From Elsinoe ampelina (Eukaryota), in contig ML992513.1 in the NCBI GenBank assembly GCA_010093995.1, forward strand, positions 230,578-294,577: a stretch of DNA of 64,000 nt, written 5' to 3'. The notes under the pieces were generated by a model. It saw only the letters and a list, made by a program, of their open reading frames with translations. It made no database searches and was not told the DNA's origin. Made by a program: the position numbers and the translations under genes. Shown here piece by piece: positions 24,465-37,924 of this stretch (the stretch's first letter is position 1; every line of letters starts with the position of its first letter).

Positions 24465-25637
24465 TCAATCCTCCCCGGCCTTCCTCTTCCGACTCCCTTC
24501 CACCACCTCCCCCTTCTGAGCATTCCAACACTTCACCACCCTCACCATCCCCCAATCCACCATCCCCTCAGCCCTCAACTTCCTCCCATCCCACCCAAAC
24601 TTCTCCGCCTCCTCCGCCCTGGCAACCAACCACTTCCCCCTCGCCACACCAAAACTCCCCTCATGTCTCGGCCCATACCCTTTCCTCGCCAACTTCCACC
24701 AACACCTCACCTCCCTCACCCCGCACCCCTCACAATCACACCTACAACCCCCACAATCCCCCACCGAACACACGCACACCACGATGCACCCGCAATGCAT
24801 ACAGCACTTCTCCACACTACTCGCCCAGCCCCCCTCCACCGTCCTCGCCATGACGACCTCCAGCCCCCGCCCCATCTCCCGCCCCGCAGCCGACACCAAC
24901 GCATCAAACACGGCGTCTGGCGCCAACGCGGCCGTCGGCGGGAACACGAAGCGGTTGATGTGCCACGCGCAGATCCGCGGCTCATTGACGGGCACCGAGT
25001 CGTCGGAGAGATGACTCAAGCCCTGGCCGGTCGCGACATCGATGGCGCCTTCCTCTCCCCCGCGTTCGTCCTCCTCGACGATCCTCTGGCTCTGGCCCGT
25101 CGCGAAGTTCTGGAACGGTAGGCTGGGGGAAAGTATCCCTGCTCTCCGGAAGAGGGAGAGTGGGTAGAGCGACTTGCACAGGGCGCAGCGGGCGCGGTTG
25201 TCCTGCGCGTCGCGGAGGGAGGTGAGGTGGCGGGTGCAGGCTGTTAGGTTGCAGGGGGAGGTTTCGGCTGGTTTGCGCGGGGGTGGGAGGAGGTGGTGCA
25301 GGGGGCGGCAGGTGAGGCGGAGGGAGAGGAGGGAGGGGGCGGGGAGGTGGTCGGTGAGGTGGAGGAGGAGTTCGGGGGGGAGGTTGAGGAGGGGCGAGAC
25401 GGGGACGGGGAGGGAGGGGAAGGGGAAGGAGGTGGTGCTGGAGGGGAGGGAGGAGGAGAATGTGAGTGGGGGACAGGGGGACGGGAGGGGGGAGGAGCCG
25501 GCGTTGCTGATGGGGATGGGGAGGCCGGTCGGGGATGGCTCCTTGTTGTCGTTTGGCGTCGTCTCCTGCTGGGTTGATGAAGATAGTGTAGCCGCTTCGT
25601 CCACTTCCGTGTCTGGGGTTGGGAGGACTTCGACCAT
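24465..25637 (-). CDS. F-box domain protein with Cys-rich C-terminus
   Basis: F-box LLNLPPELLLHLTDHLPAPSLLSLRLTCRPL; CALCK, ICAWH and CMHCG motifs. Start uncertain (25637 or 25700). Confidence 0.8.
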   Translation of the reverse strand: MVEVLPTPDTEVDEAATLSSSTQQETTPNDNKEPSPTGLPIPISNAGSSPLPSPCPPLTFSSSLPSSTTSFPFPSLPVPVSPLLNLPPELLLHLTDHLPAPSLLSLRLTCRPLHHLLPPPRKPAETSPCNLTACTRHLTSLRDAQDNRARCALCKSLYPLSLFRRAGILSPSLPFQNFATGQSQRIVEEDERGGEEGAIDVATGQGLSHLSDDSVPVNEPRICAWHINRFVFPPTAALAPDAVFDALVSAAGREMGRGLEVVMARTVEGGWASSVEKCCMHCGCIVVCVCSVGDCGGCRCDCEGCGVREVRCWWKLARKGYGPRHEGSFGVARGKWLVARAEEAEKFGWDGRKLRAEGMVDWGMVRVVKCWNAQKGEVVEGSRKRKAGED

Positions 25638-26898
25638 TTTGTTGGTTGTGATTGACGGGGCCAGCGTTGCCGCAGCGAACGAGAGGAGTTGGTACAGCAT
25701 TGTTGATTGTACGATAGTAGGAAACGAATGTAAGAACTGACAAACTCGAGAGAAATGTCGTGGTACTTGCGGCAAATTGAAGACAAAACCGGTGCTGGGT
25801 TGGTGGTCATATTTGAAACAATGTCTGGGGACCTTGTGGCATGTTACCGTGGCACGGGGCAAAAGTGCAGCGGTGCGATACGGCATGCGTAAATAACTAC
25901 ACGCACTGCCAGTCATCTGATTGCGCAGATAAGTGCAGAAATAGTGGTATACCTCTGTTTGGCAACGCTGCGCTGCGCATTCGGAAGCATGAGAACCCTC
26001 CATTCCGAGTTCCTGTCGGGCTGAAGGATTGCGCCGCTCGACGTGAAGATGTACAGCGTCCTTGAGCGGCGCGTCCCTTACCTGACCAGCGCTGCAAGAG
26101 TCTTATGCGGGCCGTCATCATTCTGAACGCGAAACGGGAACAGGAGGAGTAACGTGCGCCATGGGGGTTTGCAGCTCCCCCCCCTTTGCAGCGCTGCCAA
26201 ATCGAGGGTAGGATCGCCGCCCGTTAGCGTGTGTAAAAAGGCATCTTTTTGGCGGGTCTGAACACATCTTGGCGGGCTAAAAGCCCTAGTGCAGTTTCTT
26301 CTTAAGGCTTAAAAACGTGAAGCTGAAAAAAGGTAGTATAGACTAGCTCTTAAGGCTTAAAAATTAAAGCTAAAAAAAGGTATAATAAGCTATTACTACT
26401 AGCTATTATATAGAAGCGTTTATAACTCTTAACTATCCGGCACTTCTAGAAGCTAAGTGCTCTAAGTGCTTAGAGGCTAAGTGCTCTAAGTGCTCTAAGT
26501 ACTTTAGCTAACTATCTTCTATAGTAGTATTTAAGCTCTTTATATTTACTATTAAGGTAAGAATTGTAAAATTGATAGAGGAGGAGTTAGTAAGGCTAGA
26601 GGGAGTAGCGACAGTGTAAAAGGTAGTACTAGAAATAAGAAGAAGAATATTAGAGACTAGTAAGACTAAAGAGGTATAATAAAAAGTTATAGTAGTATTA
26701 GTAATAGAGAAGAAGAAGATAAAGATTAGTATAAAGAGTTTACTAAAGAGATTAAAGTATACCGCTGTCTCTTTTTAGCTAGCCTTTAACTACTTAGCTA
26801 AGTACTAGATTATAAGTTAGACTATAAGTTAAATTATAAACTAGATAAGGCCTTTAAAGGCTTAATTCTCTTCTTGTAATTATTACACTAGAATATAG

Positions 26899-29800
26899 TA
26901 TTATAAACTAGTAGGATAGCTAGAGCGTAGGGACGTTAGGACTAATTAAACTACTAAGGTTATTACGTGACCTAGTTTAATATTTACTTAATTCTCTATC
27001 TTCTCTAGTAACTCTACTCTAGAGACTATAGAGTATATAGGTTACTAGTAAATATGTACTCTATATTACCTCTAACTCTCGCTATAGAGTATATAGAGTA
27101 TATAGAGTATATAGTAAAGAATACATATATATAGGAATAGTCTTTACCTTATATAAGTACTATAGTTAACCTTATCTAGATAGTAAACACTAGTATTACT
27201 AAGGCTAGCCTTTATAATACTATCTAATTATACTTTATTATCTATAAGATATACCTTCTCTAACTCTTACTTTAGTACTATACTACTATAGAAGTAGAAC
27301 TACCTCGTTCTTAGCTTAGCTTAGACTACTAGTATAGGCTATATTAGATAGTTTATAATACTTTAACTACTCTTACTATAGTATAGCACGCTATAAGGTT
27401 AATAAGTAACTCTTGCTCTAAGTTACTATTAGTATCTTTAATCGCTAGTAAGCTAGGAAAGCTTACTATTAATAATATATCTACTACTAGTTTAACCTTA
27501 AGTAAATATAGAAGGTCTCTTAGTATAGAGAAAAGATAGAGTAGGCCTAAGTTAGAAGTAGAACTCTTCTATAGGGACTACGCCTACTTAAGGCACTTTC
27601 TTGTTTAACTTAAGGCCTTCTTTACCCTAGAGGGGAACAAGTACACTAATAATATAGTAAAAGTCCTCTATACTAGAATATACCTTAAAGGTGCTACCTT
27701 TAGGTAGTTCGAGCCTTATATAAGTAGCTACCTAGATAGATAACTAGGCCTAGATATAAAGGCTATCTTTAAGAGCTTTAGTATCTTCTAGGCAAAGATT
27801 AAGTAAGTCTTTAATATATCTAATAAGAAGTATATTACTATAACAAAGATTTAATAACTATAATAATATAGGTCTATAGCCTAGTACTATTCCTAGTTCT
27901 AGTAACTCGTAATACACCTAGACTAGGACGATAGTACTAAACACTCTATATTCTATTAAGGGCTAAGCGACTTAGTTAAAGATTAAATAATACTCGAGCC
28001 GCTAGATAGCCTTTAAGAACTAGTAAATACTATAATTACTATTAATAACTAACTCTATAAACAACATATAGAACGCTATAGAGAATATAAAGTAAACACT
28101 AGATACACGTGTTTCTCTTAGAGTTATAGAGACTCTATAGAACTTAATACTATATGTAAAGGTTACCTCTTATAGGTATAAGACTATAGCTATAGAGGAA
28201 AGTTCCTTAGCGAAAAAGAGAGAGAGAAGTATAGATAAGACAATCTATATTTTAAATATAAAAGACCTAGACATTAGGCTAGAGACTACTAATAAGAGGC
28301 GCTAGCTAATAGATTATATATAATAGTTACTAGGCTAGTAGAGAAAAAGGCTAATACTACTATAGAAGACCTAACGACCTTTAGTATAGATAAGAAAATA
28401 TAGAAGAAGTCTATAATAACTTAAGAGACAATAGAACTCTCTCTAGATATTACGCTTAATATCTCTATAACTAATAATAAATAATAAAGCTATTATATAA
28501 CGCTATTATAGATAGTATATTATAACAACTCTTATTATATTTACTTATTAGATAAGTAGGGATCTAGTTAGTTCCTATATAAGCTATCTAAGTATAGGTA
28601 ACTAATAAAATAGCTAGACTAGGGACCTAACCTAGAAGAGCTCTCTATAATTAGTAGTAATATTAACTAACCTTAGAAGGTAGTTAGTAATAATTACTAA
28701 TATACGATTATTAAAACGAAGTATTAGAACGCAAGTACTATATAACAATATAGTAGCCTTACCTTTAGCCTTTATAGTAAACTATAAGGAAAGGTATATT
28801 ATATATCGCTCTAGAAATATATAAATCTAAATTATAAATAGTACTATACTATCTACTTATATAATATACTTAGAGAAGACACTATTAGTCTTAAATACAC
28901 TATAGACTTCTTAGTAATCGAAATAGATAGTACTATCCCCTATAGCTAAGTAAAGAAATATACTTAGTATAGCTTTACTAATTATAACTATACTAGGGGT
29001 AGTAGCGATAAAGAGAAATATAATAAAGAATATACTAAATAACTATAATATAATAATATAGATAAGAATTTATTTAACAACAATAATAATAACAATGTAC
29101 TACTACTAGATAAGTAACTTAAGGTGTACCTTATAGAAATATAGAGAAATTATATAATAATATACACCTACTACTAGAGTAGGACATAATAAGACAAATC
29201 TACTTAACTTATATTTGTCTTTAATACTAATATATAGCTCTATTTAGAAGGAATAGTTATACTAATATAGGTGTATAATACTACTTAGTATAATTAGTAG
29301 AGAATTATTAGACTTTATAGTTATTAAGGAACTTAAGCGCTAGAAGTCTAGCTTACTATATTAAATAGTAATAAGACACGACTAGCCTAATAAGTATAGT
29401 ACTAATAGTAGATATATACGGGAAGGAATTAGCTACTTATCTAAGGAGCTATAATAACAAAAAACTAGCTAGTTATTACCTAATAAGGTAAGACAATAAC
29501 ACTAGCTAAAGCCTTAATATAATAAAGATCTATATATCGAACTACTTTATACTAGAAGTCGAAATATAAGAGAATAAAGTAAGAGTAATAATAGATTTAG
29601 GAGCTAACTATAGCTACGTTTCTATAATAGTTACTAACTAGCTTAAACCTTATTAATATTAGAAGGAGTTACCTTACCTACTTACTATAGCGAATAGAAC
29701 CTCTATAGGGAAGAATAGGAAAGTTACTTAGGAACTATAAAATATTATAATCAAAATCAAAACACACATAGAAAAACAATTAATCAATATAGTAAACATA

Positions 29801-32800
29801 TAGTATAATATAGTACTTAGTATAGACTAGCTTTAATAACATAATCTAGACATAGACTAGATTAAAGAAATACTTAAATTCCCTAAGTATAATTATAAAA
29901 CGTAAAAAGTATAATTAGCTCTATAGATACTAACTATAAGAATAGTATAGGTACAACTAATAGTTAGAGCTATTACTAGCGTAAGTAATTAAGTACTTTC
30001 GCTAGAATATAAAAACTTTAAGGATTTATTTAAAGAAAGAAAAGGCATTATAGCCTTACTCTAATATAAACTATAGAATTATAAAATACTCTTTAAAGAG
30101 AGTAAATTCCTAATATACTATTAAGGTCTTATACTACTATCGAAATAAGAGAAGAATATCCTTAAGAACTATATCGATAAGTACCTACTTAAAGGATTTA
30201 TACAACTATTAAAATTACCTATTATATATAGAGTGCTTTTTGTACCTAAAAAGAATAGAATATTATAAATATACATTAATTACTAAAAACTTAATATACT
30301 TACTAAGAAGAATTACTATTCTCTACTAAGGATTAACAAACTTTAAGACTAACTACTTAGAGCTAAATAGTTTACTATAATTAATATTAGGGACGCCTAT
30401 TATTAAGTATAAATAAAGGAGAGCGAAGAGTAAAAAACAGCTTTTAGGACGTAATAGAGTCTATATAAGTACCTCGTTATACTCTTTAGGTTAACTAATA
30501 CTTCTATAACCTTCTAAGAGTTAATTAATAATACTCTATAAGAATACTTTAATACCTTTATCTTAGTATATTTAGATAATATTATTATCTTCTTAAAGAT
30601 ATATAACAAATATATAAAATATATTTATAAGGTACTATAGAAACTAAAAGAAAAAGACTTACTAGTAAAGCTCTCTAAGTATAAGTTTTATAAATATAAG
30701 ATATAATTTCTAAGCTATATTATATCTACTAATAGTATTAGACCTAATCTAAAGAAGATCGAGTTAGTAAATAACTAGCTAAAACTTACTATAGTTAAGA
30801 AGGTTTAAGCACTACTAGGATTCTTTAACTACTATTACAAGTTTATCGAAGGATTCTCTAAGGTAGCTACGCTAATATCTAACCTTACGAAGAAAGAAAC
30901 TAGCTTTGTCTTTAACGAAAAGTATAAGTAGGCCTTTAAGGAGCTAAAGCTTAGACTTATAATAGTACCTGTCCTAGTACTCTTTAACCTAGACTAGTAA
31001 GCGCTACTAGAAATAGATACCTTAGACTTTATAATAGAAGCGTATCTAGCGTAGAAGAATATAGAAGAACGACGCTACCTAATTATATACTACTTACGAA
31101 AAATAACTAGATCTAAACTTAACTATAATATATATAATAAGGAGTTACTTATAATTATAGAAGTATTCTATAAGTAGAGAGTATACCTAGAAGAAATAAC
31201 CTTACCTATATAAGTCTATACTAACTATAAGAATCTATTATATTAGATAATAACTAAGGTTCTTAATAGATAATAGATTCGATAGTTAGAAACACTTATA
31301 AGCTATAACTTTTAGATCTACTATATTAAGGAATTAGAGAATAGTAGAGTAGACGCTCTTAGCCGATAACTAGATTACTTAAAGAATATAACAATAATAG
31401 AGGCCTCTATACTAAAGTAGTAAAATAGCGCTCTAGTCTATAAGTACCCGAAGGTAGAGTAGTTATATAGCCTTACTTAGAAGCTTATATAAGAATAGAA
31501 GAAAGAAGTTATTTAAATATACTATAACGACCTAATAGTAGAGTATAGTAGAATTAATAAGACTATTAAACTTATTATATAAAACTACCTATAGAAAGAA
31601 CTCTAAAACAATATTAAGATATATATTACTATATACGATATATGCTACAAGTCTAAGCACTTATAACATAAGCTATATAGGCTATTATAACTCTTACTAC
31701 TACTAGATAAACTATAGTAATTAGTTATAATAGACTTTATAGAACCTCTACTACTATTAGAAGAACCTCTTACAGGTATAAAGTATAATAGTATTCTAGT
31801 TCTAGTAGATAGATTTACAAAATATTACTACTTTATACTATATAAAACAATAGTAACTACCGAGGATATAGCCTTTACCTTTCTCTAAATAATTGTTTTA
31901 TAACATAAAGTACTATAAGACCTAATAACTAATAGAGATAAGCTATTTATATTATAATTCTAGTAATTATTTATAGACCTACTAGGAGTTAAATATAAGC
32001 TATTAATCTTCTTTTATCTATAAATAGATAAATAAACTAAATAGGCAAATTAAGTACTAGAGTAGTACCTACGCTACTACCTAAACTATAAGTAAGACTT
32101 ATAGGTAACACTATTACTACTTATAGAGCTTGCTATTAATAATAGAAAGTTAGCTAATAAAATTTTACTATTTTATATAAACTATAGAATATACCTAGAT
32201 CTATACTATAACATACTTAGAATTAAGCTAATATCTAAGGATACTAATATANNNNNNNNNNNNNNNNNNNNNNNNNNNNNNNNNNNNNNNNNNNNNNNNN
32301 NNNNNNNNNNNNNNNNNNNNNNNNNNNNNNNNNNNNNNNNNNNNNNNNNNNNNNNNNNNNNNNNNNNNNNNNNNNNNNNNNNNNNNNNNNNNNNNNTAGT
32401 CTTTTATATATTACTACTAGAGAAAGCACTATAGAATACTATACCTAGACCTATTAAACTAGATAAAGAAACATAGGAGCTATAGTATAAAATCGAAAGA
32501 GTTTTATATTATAAATCTATAAGAGAAAAGCGTTACTATCTTATCTACTAGAAAGGATATTAGTATAGTAAGGCAATATAGGAACTAGAGAAACACTTTA
32601 CCTCGTAAGTAATTCTAAATTACTAGACTAAAAACCTATCCTAAGTAAACTAACTAGGTAGGCCCGACGCTACTAATACTAAATAAAAATAAGAATGCCT
32701 AAGGAAGACTACTTAGCTAATAGAAGCACCTTAATCGTTACTAAATAAGGAACTCTAATCGGAGTTAGGTATAAATAATTACTAGTTCTATAGTAGAATA

Positions 32801-33797
32801 AAATTTACTAACGATAGTATTTCCTTCTACTTTAAGATTTAAATATAAGTCTTCTCTAGAGAGATTACTTTCTCTACCTTATTCTTTAACTTTTATATCT
32901 CTTTATATAGGTAAAGCTTATTACCTATAGCTCTTTAATAAGTCTCTTTTACCTTTTTATAAGCTTCTTTAGCTTTCTTTCTAGCGGCCTTAGCTATAAC
33001 TAATTCCTTTTATAAACGAATATACTTAGACTAAAGATACTACTATTTTAATTTTATTACTTAAATATTATAACTCGAGTAGTTACTCGTAATATACTAG
33101 CTATAAATATCCGACCGAATATAGACTTTATAGTCTAGCTCTTTTAACTTATAACAAGAGTAAGCTTATAGCATAATAGTTCTAAATAACTTAATAAACT
33201 CTAAAAGGTTCTTTCGTATAGATATACTAGATTTACTATGTCTTTAATAACTAGAAGGCATATTTAGTATATAGTATAGAAGGATAAGAAAGAATACTTA
33301 CTTATTAAAACAACTCGATTAAAAGAGAAAAGTAATATTATAAACTAGTAGGATAGCTAAAGCGTAGAGACGTTAGAACTAATTAAACTACTAAGGTTAT
33401 TACGTAACCTAGCTTAATATTTACTTAATTCTCTATCTTCTCTAGTAACTCTACCTTAGAGACTATAGAGTATATAGGTTACTAGTAGACGTATACTCTA
33501 TATTGCCCCTAACTCTCGCTATAGAGTATATAGAGTATATAGAGTATATAGTAAAGAATATATATATATAGAAATAGTTCTTACCTTATATAAGTACTAT
33601 AGTTAACCTCATCTAGATAGTAAACACTAGTATTACTAAGGCTAGCCTTTATAATACTATCTAATTGTACTTTATTATCTATAAGATATACCTTCTCTAA
33701 CTCTTACCTTAGTACTATACTACTATAGAAGTAGAACTATCTTATTCTTAGCTTAGCTTAGACTACTAGCGTAGGCTATATTAGATAGTTTATAATA
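26899..33797 (+). mobile_element. Full-length RIP-degraded Gypsy chromovirus, family A, copy 2 (contains an N gap at ~32252-32396)
   Basis: 462-bp LTRs at 26899-27360 and 33336-33797. TSD TATAG at 26894-26898 and 33798-33802. Collinear with 501-7523; gag-pol remnant 27378-32716. Confidence 0.95.
32713..33261 (-). pseudogene. Antisense Zn2Cys6-like ORF of Gypsy A copy 2
   Basis: 549 nt, with the same six TAT/TAC positions as copy 1. Confidence 0.65.
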
Positions 33798-33802
33798 TAT
33801 AG

Positions 33803-35570
33803 CGTTAAGGTATTACTGCCTTAATTACTTGTATATAGTTTATACTATTTAAGTTTATAAGTCTTTATAGCTAAAGAGTAACTTATAGTTTTACTAGTGC
33901 TTTTAAGCCTATTAATACTTAGTATAAGTAACGTAAGTCTTCTTCTTAAGCTATTTAAGTAGCTATTACTGTTTATGCTTTTTAATTAAGTCTTCTATGT
34001 TAAGTATATACGTATTAGCCTTTATATAATTCTTTAGCCTTGTCTTTTTAGTTCTTACCTCTTCTTCTAACTTAGCTACTCTCTTATAAAGAAGTATATT
34101 AGTGTTAGTAGTAATATTATAGCTCTTTTATAGCTTCTCTACTATTACTTCTACTATAGAGTTAGTAAGGTAGCGTATATAGCTAAGCTAATAGTTAAAA
34201 TAACACTAAGTTTAAGGCGTAATATCGAGAGTAAAAGGAGTAATATCTAGTAGAGAGCTATCTAAGGGGACTTAAGAGAATAAGGTAGCTATAAGGCTAT
34301 TAAGTTAATTAAGCACTTAGTATAGATTATAAGGCTAAATTCTAGCGGCTTTAAAGGCGTCGAGTTAAGCGTTATAGCTAAAGGTAATATTGTAAATATT
34401 TAAATAAGCCTTAATAAGATTAGTATATATAATTTTATTAACTACTTAGTGTGCTTTAGCTTAGATCTTACATCGATAATTAGCCTTTAAAGCTATAAAG
34501 ATTATAATGTTAAGAGGCTAAAGAAGGTATATTAAATACATAGGGAGGATAAGAAGAATAATACCTTTCTTATAAGTAAGTAATAGAAAGAGAAGTAACT
34601 TATAGGTACTATAGCTATCTATTATAAGTAGCCTTTTATAGTGCTAAAGATTCTTCTCTTTTACCTTCTCTATCGAATTTAGATAGTAAGGTCTTATATA
34701 CTTATAAAAAAGATATAACTACTCGATAGTATAATTCTTATCTAACTAGCTATTTTATAATACTACTATCTTACTATTTTATATACTATCTTATAGTAAT
34801 AGTTAAGTAAGCTAGTAGCTCTAATTAACATTAATATTACTACCTTTAAGAATAATATAGAGAGGTATTTAATAGCTACTAGCACTTAGAGTCTCGATAG
34901 TTGTAGCCTATGTTCTATCCCTTAGTTAGTAGTATATTAGTGCCTTTAAGTCTCTCTTAATAACTAACTAAGCTAGGCTAGTTTAGCCTATTATATATCT
35001 AGTCTTATCTATGTTATATATGTTACAACTATCAATATTATACTAGTTAATCGTCGCTTCTAAGATGCTAAACTACAACTTAATAAAAGCTAGATCTTAG
35101 TTCTTATTTACTCTTTTACTATTAAGGGCTTAAGTATACTTAAGAGATAGTTCTAAATAATATTTAAAGAACTTATAAGGCTAGTTTTTGCTAATAGGCT
35201 AAGGCTAAGACTAGTAAGGGAGAGAGGAGTTATTTATCTAGTTATACTAAATAATTTAATTAGTAAGTTTACTAATTATAGTATAAGTAGGAGAGTATCT
35301 ACTATTAATAAGATACTTAATATATCTAACTAAGGCCTCCTCTTATATAGGGGTAAGTTGTTATTATAGTATAGCTATACTTAACTATATAGTATAGAGG
35401 CCCTAAATATAGTATAATAGAGTTATTATAACTACTTCTAGATAGTAACAAGTAAGCTCTTTAAAGCTTAGAGAGTGTTTAGAGGCATAATATTTAGCAA
35501 TTGTAGCTTGAATTGCCTCTTTATAGCATGTAGTAGTAGTTCTAGAAGAGGGTATATTATAGTAATTAGG
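33803..35570 (-). pseudogene. Fot1/pogo DDE transposase remnant (C-terminus continues left of the Gypsy insert)
   Basis: De-RIPed HTH-like EAIQAAIAEY...TTLLRRIQG ~35400-35520; LIMDGHGT ~34605-34630; LPxHSTHLLQPLDIVIF ~34495-34550. Confidence 0.8.
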
Positions 35571-37924
35571 TAGTTAATACTAAAGCTATCGAGCAAAACT
35601 TAGGGATTTCTCGATTGCCTATTTAAGCCAAATACTAGAGCTGCGGCTCGTGCGCCGATAGGCGTCGCTTCTCGGCATGACGCGGCCCGTCTCTATATCG
35701 AGTTAAATTAGCGAGCTTGCCGCCGTGGGCCTGCAAAGGGGGGGGGGGGGCTACAAACCCCCATGGCGCACGTTAGTGCCGCGGAGAGCAGGTTTCTCGA
35801 GGACGAGGGTCTGTTGCAAACGCCATGGACAGGGTCCAATCACGCTGACCCGAGCCACATGCACGGGAATGAGCGCATGCGGACGGCGGCTGTGATCAAC
35901 CCAGTTGAAGCGGTAGTATGTCATCTGATGATGGGATGGAGGCGACAGTCGTCGTAAGACGTTATCAGAGATAAGTTGTTTCGAGGAGAAGAAGCTGCCA
36001 GCGTTATTAGTTATCAAGCAGGCAAAGACGAGCTGAAGACTGTGGCTGATGATGAATCTGCTTAGCCACAGTGGTGAAGGCATCGGCCTGAGGCTCTCCG
36101 GTCGGTCTATCTCCGGCCTGCATAAGGTTCCAGAGATTGCGACCCACTGTGGAGACATTTTTTGGAGAAAGCGCCGCACGTCGTCGCCAGAAAGATGGTC
36201 CGAGGGGGATCATCGATGAGAGCTCGAGCATGGTCAGGTGAGAGCCCAGAATGCATGATGTCCGTCGCTGACTCGCATGTCGACAACCATGACAGCTGCA
36301 CTTCAGGGCTTGCCTCTTCTGATCGATAGATCTAGCATGGCCGACTGCTTCTGCAAGATATCGTCGTTCAAATGCATAGATCGCTGGCTCCTCCCGCGAT
36401 GGTGCGGACATTCGAGAGCAACTTGGTCGCGCCGGCGCTCTGCCACACCCATTGTACGGTGGGGGTCCTCGTTTCTTGGCCTCTACTGTTCTCCGGACAG
36501 GTCGGCAAAAAGTCCACCACTATAGAGCGGGGCAGATTACCTATCATGTTGGGGATGTGTAAAGCTCGTGACCAGTATGCAACGCTGGTGCATCGAGGGC
36601 CTGAGGACAAGACGCGGGCTGGAGATGCTCGGTGTAAGTTCACTTACCACAGAATGCACAATGTCCAGGTTAGAGATGGAGCACGAGAGCATAGCTTCCA
36701 GAACGCTGGTCAATTGCCGTCAGCCAATGCAAAGTGTGTGATGGAAAGAATTCACGTGGGAAGGACCCAGTAGCACCAACGGGCTGTTCTCAGCGTCACG
36801 TCTACCCTCCACGAGACATGGTACCGCATGCGCTAGATGGACTAGATGCATCTCTGGTCTGCCTCATGTAGCCGGATACATCTACAATACTTTGACATGT
36901 ATTTATGCCGAACCTGTAACGTCGGCATGACCTGCCACAATCTGGCAAAGTCCTCTCCAGGAGCATAAGCCAGAAGTGTCAAGTGTTTCGTGCATAGTGT
37001 TGTCCAATCTGGCGTGGGGACAGAAATCAATAGCGAACATGAAGATCGACAGCCGGAATTGCGCACAGCAGAGCGAGCGGCACATCATCGACGGGGGATG
37101 AGGGTCGAAAAAGAGCCTTTTGCTCCTGCGGCTCGCCTGTGAATGGTCAACCTGTCAAGGCCGGGCGGAAATTGGGCGATTGTGTGAGGCCAAAGCGCCA
37201 TCGAAATGGCACGGATCAATCGTCAATCCTTGGGTCCCCAAGAGAGCTTGTCGAGTCGTCGAGCGAAAGAGTGGGTGAGGTGGGCTGCTCGAGGCTCAGG
37301 CAGGCTCTCGAGCGTGACAAGCGAATACCCGCAATCAATCCTTCTCACCGAACTACCCAAAGGACGGTCCACGGTCCATCTCCAATAATCCCAGAAGCCG
37401 ACATCTCCCACGCATCTGTTGTCAAAGTCAAACCTCTTCTCCCTCCCACAACCCTTTCGCGATCTCTCGCTGCCCGCATACCATTGACGAGTCTCTGTCG
37501 CTCGCAGCGGGTCGGTGTTGTCATTCTTTTCTTCTCCCCCTCAGTATACATACGACCCGAGTCGCGTTTTTTTCTGGTGAGACAAATTTTTCCCGTCCTC
37601 GGCACTCGCTCGACCGCCGCACCCTGCACCGAATTGTCCCAGGCGTACCCTGCACAGATCCCCAAATTCTCCAGCTTATGCCTGAGGCTCAACCATGAGC
37701 AGAATTGTTTTCTGCCCATACTGTTTCATGTCATTATCAATTGCGCCTGACCTTTGCACCACGCGCCGTTCATCCTCTACGTTGCACATGGCTGGCTGTT
37801 CGGTTTGCTAACGACTTCTATGGACAGAACGGGCTTTTCTCTCACGAGTCGCGACCTGATCCCGATCCTATAAACGACCGAGTCGACGGGTATTTGTACA
37901 TACAACCTACGAGAAAGATCGACA

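Larger units (their letters stand above)
26152..35773 (-). mobile_element. Fot1/pogo-family (Tc1-mariner superfamily) DNA transposon, RIP-degraded, carrying a nested Gypsy
   Basis: ~40-bp TIRs ACGTGCGCCATGGGGGTTTG(C/T)AGC..C(n)TTTGCAG starting at 26152 and ending at 35773. TA TSDs at 26150-26151 and 35774-35775. About 2.7 kb once the insert is removed. Confidence 0.9.

Noticed and set aside
24450..25810. Several long Pro- or Gly-rich overlapping ORFs (also at 43294-44472 and 57675-58049)
   Set aside because: By-products of stop-poor, skewed composition overlapping real genes.
26290..26505. ~45-bp direct repeat and CTAAGTGCT tandem units
   Set aside because: They lie inside the Fot1 element's 3' part. 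They are short subterminal or low-complexity repeats, not a CRISPR-like array.
35776..37900. Short ORFs right of the Fot1 element (also 9830-10600, 11900-12400 and 19600-20100)
   Set aside because: No recognisable motifs or consistent splice structure. They may be UTR/promoter DNA or decayed genes.
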